Origin: Planctomycetaceae bacterium
GTDB taxonomy: Bacteria > Planctomycetota > Planctomycetia > Pirellulales > Thermoguttaceae
DNA: 64,000 nucleotides
NCBI GenBank assembly: GCA_012719125.1
Contig: JAAYAY010000013.1
Location: forward strand, 1-64,000
Reading direction: 5' to 3'
Made by a program: the position numbers and the translations under genes. The notes below the pieces were generated by a model. It saw only the letters and a program-made list of their open reading frames with translations, searched no databases and was not told where the DNA came from. Of the stretch, positions 17,598 to 25,776 are shown piece by piece (within the stretch, counting starts at the first letter, position 1; every line of letters starts with the position of its first letter).

Positions 17598-19136
17598 TCA
17601 GCGGTGCCCTAGACGAACTTCGTCACGCCGGGCACGGCGAGGGGATAGCTCCCGTCGTCGTTGGGCAGGATGGGCGGATTGGCGCCAGGGATTCTCGCCC
17701 TCGATTCGGTTTTTCATCAGGTCGCAGGTGCCTTTGGTGCCGAGGATGATGTCGGACGTCTCGTTGGCGCAGCCGGCCATCCGGCGGCAGTGGGAGTAGA
17801 GCCGCCTTCCGCCGGCGAATTCGTAGGTCACGCAATGGTGGTCGAAGATATGGCCGATGGTGATCTCCGAACGAACCTGGCGGCCGCCGGTGCCCCAGAT
17901 TTTTTCGGGGAGCTGCTGGTTCAGCCAATCGCCGCCGGGGGCCAGGGGGTCCTGGACGTCGGGCTGAACCTTCGATGCGTAGAAGGCCGCCGTTCCACCG
18001 GCAATTCGCAGAACCGCCATATTGATCCCGAGCCGTTTCAACTCCGGCATCACCGTCTTGGGGTGTCGATCCTCGCGCACATGGAGCCAGACTCCACGGA
18101 CCTCCTCGTTCGGCGGTTCCGCATAGACGGCATTTACGTCGACCGTTTGTTCCAGAACGCTGTCGCCCAAGTGCGCACGCACGACGAGTTGGCGCCGGCC
18201 GTTCACCTTGGCCGCTGTCGGTACCTTGATCGAGAAATGCCGGACCGTGGCGCCGGCCATCGTCGCATCGGGTCGGTTCGCGTTCTCCACCTCGATCGTC
18301 GCGCCGTCGCATTCCAGGCGGACCTCCGGCGTGCCGGCACATCCGGCGGCGGCGTGATAGACGGCATCCAGTCCGGCAGCAACGAGGCATTCCGAGGGGG
18401 AAATGCACAGTTGAGGCGTCTTGATGATGGCGGCGATACGTTCTTCCGCCGGTACGTCGGGTCGCAGCCAGGCCAGGAACCCCTTGAGCAGTCTTGCGTC
18501 GTCGCCGCGCGGGGCCGCCGAAGCGCTGCCGCCCGGGATCGCCAAGGCCAGGCCGGTGCTGATCACCTTTCCGCGGCCCAATTGGCCGGCGACGGCCACG
18601 GGTTGGCCGTGTTCGTTTTCGATGAGGATTGCGCCTTTGGGACCGACGCGTTCGACGATGTGATCCTCATAGCTCGACTGGAAGTCCTTCATTCCCTTCA
18701 CAGCCGGATGGTCGGCTCGCACGTGCATCGCGCGACTGCCGTAGACCCGCTGCACCCCCGCGCCGACTTCCGAGAAGATGTGATGGTGCCAGGTTTGGAG
18801 GACGCTTCCACCGGCCTCGACGTAATCGTTGAGACTCTTTCGCCACTGCTTGTGCACGTTGCCCGGATTATGCATGTCGGAGAGATAGACCAGGTCGAAC
18901 ACGCACAACGTGACCGGCTGCAGATCGGCAATGCGCCGGGCATCGTATCCCTGCGATTGCAGCCCTTGCAGCAGGCCGTCGACGGCTGCGCCTTGTCCGC
19001 CCGCGGCCTGCTGGTCGAAAACGGCGATCTTCAGCCTCGTTTCCGCGTCTGCCGAAAACGCGTTCTCTTTGGCCGCAGCAACCAGGCCGACGAATGTCGA
19101 CAACAAGACAGCAAGCACGAATCGGATGGTTCTCAT
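17598..19136 (-). CDS. Secreted ThuA-like domain protein with truncated GHL10 (DUF4015-like) start, chimeric with the oxidoreductase remnant at its 3' end
   Basis: Signal 'MRTIRFVLAVLLSTFVGLVAAA'; ThuA-like/GATase1-like 'LKIAVFDQQAAGG...VFDLVYLSDMHN...GGSVLQTWHHH'. GHL10-like start 'EVRGVWLHVREDRHPKTVMPELKRLGINMAVL', then merges into the Gfo/Idh/MocA-like tail from about 17990 downwards. Confidence 0.6.
   Translation of the reverse strand: MRTIRFVLAVLLSTFVGLVAAAKENAFSADAETRLKIAVFDQQAAGGQGAAVDGLLQGLQSQGYDARRIADLQPVTLCVFDLVYLSDMHNPGNVHKQWRKSLNDYVEAGGSVLQTWHHHIFSEVGAGVQRVYGSRAMHVRADHPAVKGMKDFQSSYEDHIVERVGPKGAILIENEHGQPVAVAGQLGRGKVISTGLALAIPGGSASAAPRGDDARLLKGFLAWLRPDVPAEERIAAIIKTPQLCISPSECLVAAGLDAVYHAAAGCAGTPEVRLECDGATIEVENANRPDATMAGATVRHFSIKVPTAAKVNGRRQLVVRAHLGDSVLEQTVDVNAVYAEPPNEEVRGVWLHVREDRHPKTVMPELKRLGINMAVLRIAGGTAAFYASKVQPDVQDPLAPGGDWLNQQLPEKIWGTGGRQVRSEITIGHIFDHHCVTYEFAGGRRLYSHCRRMAGCANETSDIILGTKGTCDLMKNRIEGENPWRQSAHPAQRRRELSPRRARRDEVRLGHR
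17609..17990 (-). pseudogene. Frameshifted C-terminal remnant of a Tat-type Gfo/Idh/MocA oxidoreductase, read through by the upstream ORF
   Basis: In the 17598-19136 frame: 'WGTGGRQVRSEITIGHIFDHHCVTYEFAGGRRLYSHCRRMAGCANETSDIILGTKGTCDL..RIEGENPW' aligns with the paralog C-termini ('GLGGRSASFGEIYGDMFDHHTVVYE...IIMGTKG...FEGETNW'). The final 'PNDDGSYPLAVPGVTKFV*' lies in a different frame (stop 17609-17611), matching 'PDETGNYPLPRPGITELT*'. Confidence 0.5.
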
Positions 19137-19196
19137 GGGTGACTTTCCTGCTTTGCACGGCGTGGAAGTCCAGCAGCTTTCGTCAACGGTTTGCAG

Positions 19197-20111
19197 TCAA
19201 CCCGGTCTAGCGGCCGCCTTCTTCTGCACGGACAATTGCCATTCCATTCGAATTAGGATGGCCAGCGAAGCGAGGATGATCGCACCTCCGAGCCATTGCA
19301 GAGGCGACATGTTCATTCCCCAGAGGGGCCATTCCACGGCCGCGGTCAGGACGGGACCGGCGAGCATGAACATTCGCAACTTCCAGACGTCCAGGCGCCG
19401 CAGGGCGAAGTAGTACAAGGGGAGCGACAGCGCAACCAGTGCACCGAGGGTGAGGAAGGACAGGGCGGCCATTGGCGAGGCGAACACATCGGTCAGGCGG
19501 GCAAAGTCGCCGCCCACAAGGCCGAGGCCGATGAAGCCCAGCATGCTGCCGGCGTGGTTGTAGAATGCAACGGGCGATTCTTCCATCGTCCGCATGATGT
19601 GGCGGATGATGAAGGCGTTGACGGAGAATCCGAAGGCCGCGCCGACGGTCATGGCGTCGCCGAGAATATGCCCGCCCCAGTCGAACGCGTGAATCTCCAC
19701 GAGGAGAGCGAGCCCGACGGCCATCACCGGAATCAGAGCCAGTTGGCGCAGACCGATGCGTTCCAGCCCCAATGCGGACCCGATGAGGACGACAAAGACG
19801 ACATCGCATCGGATCAGCATGCCGACGTTCGTTGCCGTGGTCCATCGCACGGCGTTGAACCAGAGGAGGTTGATGAAGACGGCGATCAGCGCCATGAGAA
19901 TCAGCCAGCCGCCCTGGCCCCGCGGCCGCAGGCTTCGCCATCCCGCTCCGAATGCGGCGATCCAGAGGAGGAGCAGCGGCAACGACACGGCACGGGAAGA
20001 CGCGCCTACCAGCCCGACGGGCCACCCTTGGATGCTGATCAGCCAGCGCACCATGAGCGTCACGGCGACCCAGGGGACGATGGCGAGTGAGGCGTAGAAG
20101 GCGGTCTTCAT
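19197..20111 (-). CDS. DMT superfamily (EamA-like) transporter
   Basis: About 10 hydrophobic helices across 304 aa, EamA-like duplication; 'MKTAFYASLAIVPWVAVTLMV...'. Confidence 0.75.
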   Translation of the reverse strand: MKTAFYASLAIVPWVAVTLMVRWLISIQGWPVGLVGASSRAVSLPLLLLWIAAFGAGWRSLRPRGQGGWLILMALIAVFINLLWFNAVRWTTATNVGMLIRCDVVFVVLIGSALGLERIGLRQLALIPVMAVGLALLVEIHAFDWGGHILGDAMTVGAAFGFSVNAFIIRHIMRTMEESPVAFYNHAGSMLGFIGLGLVGGDFARLTDVFASPMAALSFLTLGALVALSLPLYYFALRRLDVWKLRMFMLAGPVLTAAVEWPLWGMNMSPLQWLGGAIILASLAILIRMEWQLSVQKKAAARPG

Positions 20112-20203
20112 ATTCGGGCATTCTGATTCCCGGTTCTGAATCGGTGTCGCATCTCGTGTTCTCGCGGCTCAAAGGACGCGTCTCGGCGCCGATCGCCGGT
20201 GCC

Positions 20204-21646
20204 CTACGCATCGACTCCCAGGCTGATGTGTTTCGTTTCCAGGTAGGCGTCGATCCCCTCGACGCCGAGTTCGCGTCCCCAGCCGCTCTCTTTCAGACCG
20301 CCGAAGGGGCACTGGCTGGTGGCGGGAACCGTGTCGTTGATCCCGATCGTGCCGGCCTCCAGTCCCTCGGCCAGCCGCCAGGAGCGCGACAGGTCTCGCG
20401 TGAATGCGTAAGCCGCCAGGCCGTATCGGGTGTCGTTGGCCTTGCGGATAACCTCCGCTTCTTCGTCGAAGACACAGACCGGGAGCACGGGCGCGAAGGT
20501 CTCTTCTCGCATGCAAAGGGCCTGGTCGGACATGTCGGCGAGAACGGTCGGTTCGAGGAAGTAGCCGGGGGCGCCCTCCCAACGCTTTCCGCCGCAGAGA
20601 ACCTGAGCACCGCGGCCGGTGGCATCTTCCAGGTGTTTCAGGGCGTTTTCGAGTGAGGGCTCGTCGATGAGAGGACCGATTTCGACGCCTTCTTCCAGGC
20701 CGGGGCCGACTTTCAATTGTCTCGCGGCATCGACCAACGCAGGAATGAACCGGTCGGCAACCGAACGCTGGACATAGACGCGGTTGGCGGCGATGCACGA
20801 CTGGCCCGTATTGCGGAATTTGGCGATGATCGTGCCCTGAACCGCCTTGTCGAGATCGGCGTCGTCGAAGACGATGACGGGCGCGTGGCCGCCCATTTCG
20901 AGGGAGAGCTTCGTCACGTTGTCGGCGGCGCCTCGAATGAGCTGTTTGCCGACGACCGTCGAACCGGTGAAACTGATCTTGCGGCACAGCGGATTGCCGA
21001 GCATTTCGGCGCCGATCTGGCTCGAACTGCCGACGACAAGCTGAAACACGCCGGCCGGAAGCTTTGCTTCGTCGACGGCTTCGGCCAGCATGACGGCGCT
21101 GAGCGGGGTGGCGCTAGCCGGCTTGAGAACGACCGGACAGCCGGCGGCCAGTGCGGGAGCAACCTTGCGGGCGGCGAGGACCAAAGGGAAGTTCCAGGGG
21201 GGAATCGCTCCGACAACGCCGATGGGCGAACGAATGACGAGGTGCCGCTTGCTGCCCGCCTGTTGGGGAACGACGCGGCCGTAGATGCGCTGGGCCTCGC
21301 CGGCAAACCAGCGGAAATGGTCGACCGTCATCGCCACTTCGCCGCGGCTCTGAGGGAGCGGTTTGCCGTTTTCGAGCGTGATCGTGTGAGCAATTTCCTC
21401 GCTTCGGCGCTCGAGGATGTCGGCGATCCCGGCGAGGTAGCGTCCCCGATCGCGACCGGGCGTGTTGCGCCAGGCGGGCCAGGCAGCGGCCGCGTCTTGA
21501 ATTGCCTGAGCGACGGTCTCGCGAGGGACGGTGCCCACATGGGCGAAGACCTCGGTGGTGGCCGGGTTTGTTACCGGGAGCGGGTCCTGGGGCTCCAGCC
21601 ACCGGCCGTTCAGATACAAGCGGCGAATGTCGGTGTTTCCTGACAT
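20204..21646 (-). CDS. NAD(P)-dependent aldehyde dehydrogenase (succinate/malonate-semialdehyde dehydrogenase-like)
   Basis: 'FTGSTVVGKQL', 'LEMGGHAPVIVFDDADLDKA', catalytic 'GQSCIAANRVYV'. Start at 'MSGNTDIRRLYLNGRW' with RBS aggag; the upstream 161 aa of the track ORF are an R-rich artefact. Confidence 0.85.
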   Translation of the reverse strand: MSGNTDIRRLYLNGRWLEPQDPLPVTNPATTEVFAHVGTVPRETVAQAIQDAAAAWPAWRNTPGRDRGRYLAGIADILERRSEEIAHTITLENGKPLPQSRGEVAMTVDHFRWFAGEAQRIYGRVVPQQAGSKRHLVIRSPIGVVGAIPPWNFPLVLAARKVAPALAAGCPVVLKPASATPLSAVMLAEAVDEAKLPAGVFQLVVGSSSQIGAEMLGNPLCRKISFTGSTVVGKQLIRGAADNVTKLSLEMGGHAPVIVFDDADLDKAVQGTIIAKFRNTGQSCIAANRVYVQRSVADRFIPALVDAARQLKVGPGLEEGVEIGPLIDEPSLENALKHLEDATGRGAQVLCGGKRWEGAPGYFLEPTVLADMSDQALCMREETFAPVLPVCVFDEEAEVIRKANDTRYGLAAYAFTRDLSRSWRLAEGLEAGTIGINDTVPATSQCPFGGLKESGWGRELGVEGIDAYLETKHISLGVDA

Positions 21647-21666
21647 GATGGAGGCTCCTTGCTCAA

Positions 21667-22329
21667 CTACTGTTCCGGAGTGGCGTTCCAGGCGTTCTGG
21701 AAGAGCTGTTCTCCCATGGTGGTGTAAGGGTTGCGGAAGCTGTCCTGGTAAACGGCCATACCGGCGGTGATGCAATGGGCGCCGGCCAGAGCGGCTTCGG
21801 CGATGTGGCGGCTGTTGCGGACGGCAGCGGCGATGATCTCGGCGCGATAGTCGTAGTTCTCGAGCATGACGGCCACCTCGGGGATCAGCGACTCGACCGG
21901 GTCGCCGTACTGTTCCTTCCAGCCGACGAACGGACTGACGAAGGCCGCACCGGCTCGGGCCGCCTGCCACGCCTGCGCCACGGAGAAGATCAGGGTCGCA
22001 TTGACCCGTACGCCCCGGTTGGTCAGTTCGCGAATCGCCTTGAAGCCCTGTTCGCTCACGCCGACCTTGATGACGAAGTTGGGCGAGATCTTCGACAGTT
22101 CCAGCCCTTGGTCGACCATTTTCTCCCAATCGGCGAGGTTCGGATCGACTTCGACGCTGACCTCCTTCGTCGTGCCGTCAAACAGTCCGGCGATTTCTTC
22201 GATCACCGTGCGGAAGGGTTTGCCCGAGTCTTTCACATGCTTGGGATTCGTGGTGATGCCGTCGATATCCCACAGATCGAGGGCGTAGCGAATCTCGTCC
22301 GTCTTCGCGCTGTCGAGAAACATCTTCAT
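21667..22329 (-). CDS. Transaldolase-family aldolase (fructose-6-phosphate aldolase / TalC-like, MipB family)
   Basis: 'MKMFLDSAKTDEIRYALDLWDIDGITTNPKHV' ... Schiff-base lysine context 'NFVIKVGVSEQG' ... 'NATLIFSVAQAW'. 220 aa. Confidence 0.85.
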   Translation of the reverse strand: MKMFLDSAKTDEIRYALDLWDIDGITTNPKHVKDSGKPFRTVIEEIAGLFDGTTKEVSVEVDPNLADWEKMVDQGLELSKISPNFVIKVGVSEQGFKAIRELTNRGVRVNATLIFSVAQAWQAARAGAAFVSPFVGWKEQYGDPVESLIPEVAVMLENYDYRAEIIAAAVRNSRHIAEAALAGAHCITAGMAVYQDSFRNPYTTMGEQLFQNAWNATPEQ

Positions 22330-23198
22330 GATTGGATCAGCCTCTGCAAGTATTGGTTGTTTTTCTTCGTATCTTCGATACAGTCTTCGATGCTGTCGTG
22401 GCCCGTCTCGTAGACGTACCAGCCGTCGTAGCCGATTTCGTGGAACGAGCGGAACGCCGCGGGCCAGTCGATCGGCCCCGGCTGTTCGATCAGGTCGTTG
22501 CCGTTCTTGACATGGACCATGGCGATCCGCTTCTTGCCGAGCAGTTCGATGCCGGGAACGGCCTGGTCGCCGTGTCCGTAGAAGTCCATGTTGTGAAGGT
22601 CGTAGTAGACGCCGACGCCCGGATGGTCGACCAGATCGACGAGCTTCTTGTTCTCGGCCGGGCTGAGCGAGTTCTCCAGGCCGATGACGACACCGGCGTC
22701 GGCGGCCTTTGGGGCCACCTTCTTGAGCATGGAGACGATCGGGCCATAGGACGCCTCGTCGGCCATATCGGGAGCGTCGCCGCGGAAGAAGGCAGCGAGG
22801 ATCACGCCGGCGCCGAGCATTTCGGCGGCGCGGATCGAGGCGAGGATGCTCTCGGCGGCGCCGGGGCTGTGGATCGTGACCCCGCGATCCAAGATCCCGG
22901 CCAGGGACGGGACCTTCATGCCGTGGCGTTCGGCCTCCTTCTTGTAGTGGCGAACGGTGTCCCAGTCGCGCAGGTTGGGTGAGCCGGCCGTGGCCTGCAG
23001 TTCGACGCCGCGAAGGCCGGGAATGCTGGCGGCCACCTTAAACACTTCGGGCGTGCCCGCCATCTTCATGCTGGCGGCCCGGATACCGATCTTCAACGGC
23101 TCCGGCTGTGCCGCAGACGCGCTGCGGACGAAACACGCCGAAACGGTTGTGAACGCGGTTGCCTGGAGGAATCTGCGACGCGTTAGCCTGGTTGACAT
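22326..23198 (-). CDS. Sugar phosphate isomerase/epimerase (xylose isomerase-like TIM barrel) with Tat signal peptide
   Basis: Tat 'TRRRFLQATAFTTVSACFVRSASAAQ'; TIM-barrel motifs 'GLRGVELQ', 'HVKNGND'. 4-bp ATGA overlap with the downstream aldolase gene. Confidence 0.8.
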   Translation of the reverse strand: MSTRLTRRRFLQATAFTTVSACFVRSASAAQPEPLKIGIRAASMKMAGTPEVFKVAASIPGLRGVELQATAGSPNLRDWDTVRHYKKEAERHGMKVPSLAGILDRGVTIHSPGAAESILASIRAAEMLGAGVILAAFFRGDAPDMADEASYGPIVSMLKKVAPKAADAGVVIGLENSLSPAENKKLVDLVDHPGVGVYYDLHNMDFYGHGDQAVPGIELLGKKRIAMVHVKNGNDLIEQPGPIDWPAAFRSFHEIGYDGWYVYETGHDSIEDCIEDTKKNNQYLQRLIQS

Positions 23199-23243
23199 TC
23201 CACACCTCCTGTTTCGAGCATTTGTAATTCGGGATTAGGGTTT

Positions 23244-23265
23244 GTTTCGTATTTCGAGATTCGGA
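23244..23265. promoter_or_regulatory. Conserved motif 'GTTTCGTATTTCG(A/G)GATT' upstream of the TIM-barrel/aldolase/ALDH operon; second copy at 24137-24154
   Basis: 'gtttcgtatttcgagattcgga' at 23244-23265 and 'gtttcgtatttcggattt' at 24137-24154, the latter preceded by the half-copy 'ggttcgtattgcgag'. They occur only in these two minus-strand promoter regions, directly downstream of the ROK regulator. Confidence 0.45.
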
Positions 23266-23306
23266 CATCGTCGTGCAAGATAAGGGAAAACTGCCCATGA
23301 CACAAC

Positions 23307-24113
23307 TCACGTGGTCAGCTCATCCACCGACGCATTCATGAACTCCTTGTGTTTGTCGCCGACCCAATACCGGGCGCCGGCAAGGCACCAGAGGAAGTGC
23401 AGCTCTTCCTCCTGGCTGAAGACGGGATGGTAGTTGAGCAGCGGAATCGTGGCCGCGTCCATCGTTTCCATGCTGTGCACGAAGGTCTTTGATTTTTCGT
23501 CGGCATAGACCTCGATCGCCCCGCGACCTTGGGTGAACAGATAGATCTCCTCCTGGTCGGTGTGGTTGTGGGGCGGCCAGGCCCGCGTGTAGGGCTCGTA
23601 GATCGTGTAGCCGGCCATCAGCCGGTCGGCCCCTTCGGTCACGTCGAACATGAGGAAGACGTCCTTGCCGTCGAGGTGGCGAATGCGTGCCTCGTTGGTG
23701 CGAAACTCGTTCCACACGGAGTGGAACACGGGATGACGCTTCTCCGCCGGCGCTCGGCAGACGACCAGCGATTGAGTCTCACTGGTTGGGTTCTGGATTC
23801 GGTAGGGCGTCGCCATGGGGACATAGAGCGTGTCGTAGTGCGCCATGGAATACCCTTGGCCATCGACTTCCACGGCGAGCGGTTCCGAGGTCATGCAGAA
23901 GAGGAGGGCCTCCTCGCTGCGGTGAAACAGTTCATCGGACGACGTCCCGGGCGCGACTCGATAAACGCCGTAGGTGAGCAGGTCGAGGTTCGAGTTGGCC
24001 GGGTTGGACTTCTGTCGGTATTCGAATTGCCAGTCGTCCGCCCGAAGCAGATTGGCCGGCTTGACCGCCGGTTCCGCTCCGGACGACGGGTCTGAGACAT
24101 TTGCGTTTTGCAT
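23307..24113 (-). CDS. KduI/IolB-family cupin isomerase (5-deoxy-glucuronate isomerase-like)
   Basis: 268 aa, two cupin-like halves; 'LAVEVDGQGYSMAHYDTLYVP' and 'HNHTDQEEIYLFTQGRGAIEVYADEKSKTF' resemble the KduI/IolB family. Family-level call only. Confidence 0.55.
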   Translation of the reverse strand: MQNANVSDPSSGAEPAVKPANLLRADDWQFEYRQKSNPANSNLDLLTYGVYRVAPGTSSDELFHRSEEALLFCMTSEPLAVEVDGQGYSMAHYDTLYVPMATPYRIQNPTSETQSLVVCRAPAEKRHPVFHSVWNEFRTNEARIRHLDGKDVFLMFDVTEGADRLMAGYTIYEPYTRAWPPHNHTDQEEIYLFTQGRGAIEVYADEKSKTFVHSMETMDAATIPLLNYHPVFSQEEELHFLWCLAGARYWVGDKHKEFMNASVDELTT

Positions 24114-24161
24114 TTTGGACTTGGTTCGTATTGCGAGTTTCGTATTTCGGATTTGAAGCGA

Positions 24162-25415
24162 CTACGGCGTTGCTCTGACCGGTTCCGCAACGCAAGCCGT
24201 TTCGTGGTGGTTGTTTCGCTGATCGACCAGCGTCGTTTCGTCTTCGGGGTGGAGCCTGGCGAAACCGAGGTACGCGACGCCCAGGGCTCCTGCGAAGCTG
24301 CCCAACGATCCGGTCTGCAGGGAGGTGACTTCGAGGATCTGCGGAAGGGTGAACTTCCGGAAGGTACGCTCCATCTTCCGGCTCACACGTTCGCAGCAAC
24401 TGGGGACCTCACCGGCCAGGATGATCGTTTCGGGTGAGAACAGGTTGGCCAGGTTGGCGGTGACCATTCCCAGGTGGGTGCCCAGCAGTTCCAGGCGATC
24501 TTGCAGCAGTTCGTCGCCGGCTTCCGCGGCCGCGATGATGTCGCCCAGCGAGAGATCGTCGGCTTTGTCGAGCAGGGCCTGACGCTTTGCCTCGCCTTGA
24601 CGGGAGCGGAGCAGCCGCAGTGTGTCTTCGACGAAACCCGTGGCCGAGATCAGGTCGGTCATGGCCTGGGGGCCGTCGCCCGATGGAAACACGGTGTAAC
24701 CAATTTCGCCCGCGAAGCTCCCAGCACCGGCGTAAAGCTTGCCGCTGATGACGATGCCGAGACCGACGCCGGACCGAACCGCCAGGCAGAGGAAGTTATG
24801 GCGACCGCGACCGGCCCCGCGCAACAGTTCGCCGTAGGCAACGGCGCGGATGTTGTCTTCGACGAACACGGGTACGTCGAAGGCCTGCTGGAAGTGCTGA
24901 AGCAGCGGCACGTCGTCGAAATCGGGGAGCAGCCCGTAGTGGAGTACCCGTCCGCCCAGACAATCGACCTGGCCGGGGGCAGCAACTCCAACGGACAGCA
25001 ACGGGCGATCGGCCCGCCCGGCGAGTTGCCGAGACAGGTCGACGATCCTCTGCAGGACGGTCTTGCGGGCGAGGTGCGAGCGAAAGGGAATTTCCTCCCG
25101 GCAGAGCGGGTTGCCGGCAAAGTCGCAGAGCACGGCGCGTGCCCGCAAGGCCTCGAAATCGAGCCCTAGAAAACAGCCGTGGTCCGGATTGAGTTGCAAG
25201 GGGACGGGTGTGCGTCCACGCCGCGTGGGCGACGATTCGCCTTCCAGCAGCACACACTCTCGGAGGAAGTCGCCCACATAGGTCCCCACCATGGCGGCAT
25301 TGATATTGAGCCGTCTTGCCAAGTCGAACCGCGAGCACCCACCGCCACGAAACAACTCGTTGAGGATGCGGTTTTTTTTGGCGGCAAGCTTGGTTTCGCG
25401 AGGTTTGGGACGCAT
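24162..25415 (-). CDS. ROK family transcriptional regulator (NagC/XylR-like; N-terminal wHTH + ROK sugar-kinase-like domain)
   Basis: wHTH 'RILNELFRGGGCSRFDLARRLNINAAMVGTYVGDFL'; ROK core 'LGLDFEALRARAVLCDFAGN', 'GSGVGLGIVISGKLYAGAGSFAGEIGY'. Confidence 0.85.
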   Translation of the reverse strand: MRPKPRETKLAAKKNRILNELFRGGGCSRFDLARRLNINAAMVGTYVGDFLRECVLLEGESSPTRRGRTPVPLQLNPDHGCFLGLDFEALRARAVLCDFAGNPLCREEIPFRSHLARKTVLQRIVDLSRQLAGRADRPLLSVGVAAPGQVDCLGGRVLHYGLLPDFDDVPLLQHFQQAFDVPVFVEDNIRAVAYGELLRGAGRGRHNFLCLAVRSGVGLGIVISGKLYAGAGSFAGEIGYTVFPSGDGPQAMTDLISATGFVEDTLRLLRSRQGEAKRQALLDKADDLSLGDIIAAAEAGDELLQDRLELLGTHLGMVTANLANLFSPETIILAGEVPSCCERVSRKMERTFRKFTLPQILEVTSLQTGSLGSFAGALGVAYLGFARLHPEDETTLVDQRNNHHETACVAEPVRATP

Positions 25416-25776
25416 GAGGCAACCTGGGGCGAGAACGTGAGCGGCGGCTATTTAATATGATAACAAAAATAATATTGTCAAGACGCCCGCTCAGGGGAAG
25501 CTGGGCGTGCGAAACCGAGAAGGGTGCAGAGAGGTGCCACCCAAACTCCCTGGGGCACCGAAGAGACACGTGGGCCGGAAGAGCTGCCACCGCCGCGAGG
25601 GATTCGGAGCGTATTACCCCTTTTCTGGTGGCAGGGTCAACACTATGGGTGTTGCCCTTCCGTTCTCGCCACGATGATGGGGGGCACCTTCCAGGGAAAC
25701 CGAGAGAGACGGCGCCCAGTTCCGGGGGCCGTTGCCCGAACGGCGGTTAGGGGGCTGATTAGCGATCGGGGAGAAT

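Noticed and set aside
17661-19142. 493-aa plus-strand ORF antisense to the ThuA-like gene. Similar long antisense ORFs occur elsewhere: 455-1204, 1244-1921, 11185-12174, 14828-16315, 16533-17378, 28261-30042, 37634-39004, 42220-45564 (minus), 47584-49560 and 59107-60330.
   Set aside because: No recognisable domains, Arg/Gly/Ala-rich translations typical of GC-rich antisense frames. Each overlaps a strand with clear domain homology.
20204-22129. Single 641-aa ORF spanning the ALDH gene plus 161 extra N-terminal residues
   Set aside because: The extension is R/G/H-rich noise. The internal ATG at 21646 has a perfect AGGAG RBS and gives a standard 480-aa aldehyde dehydrogenase.
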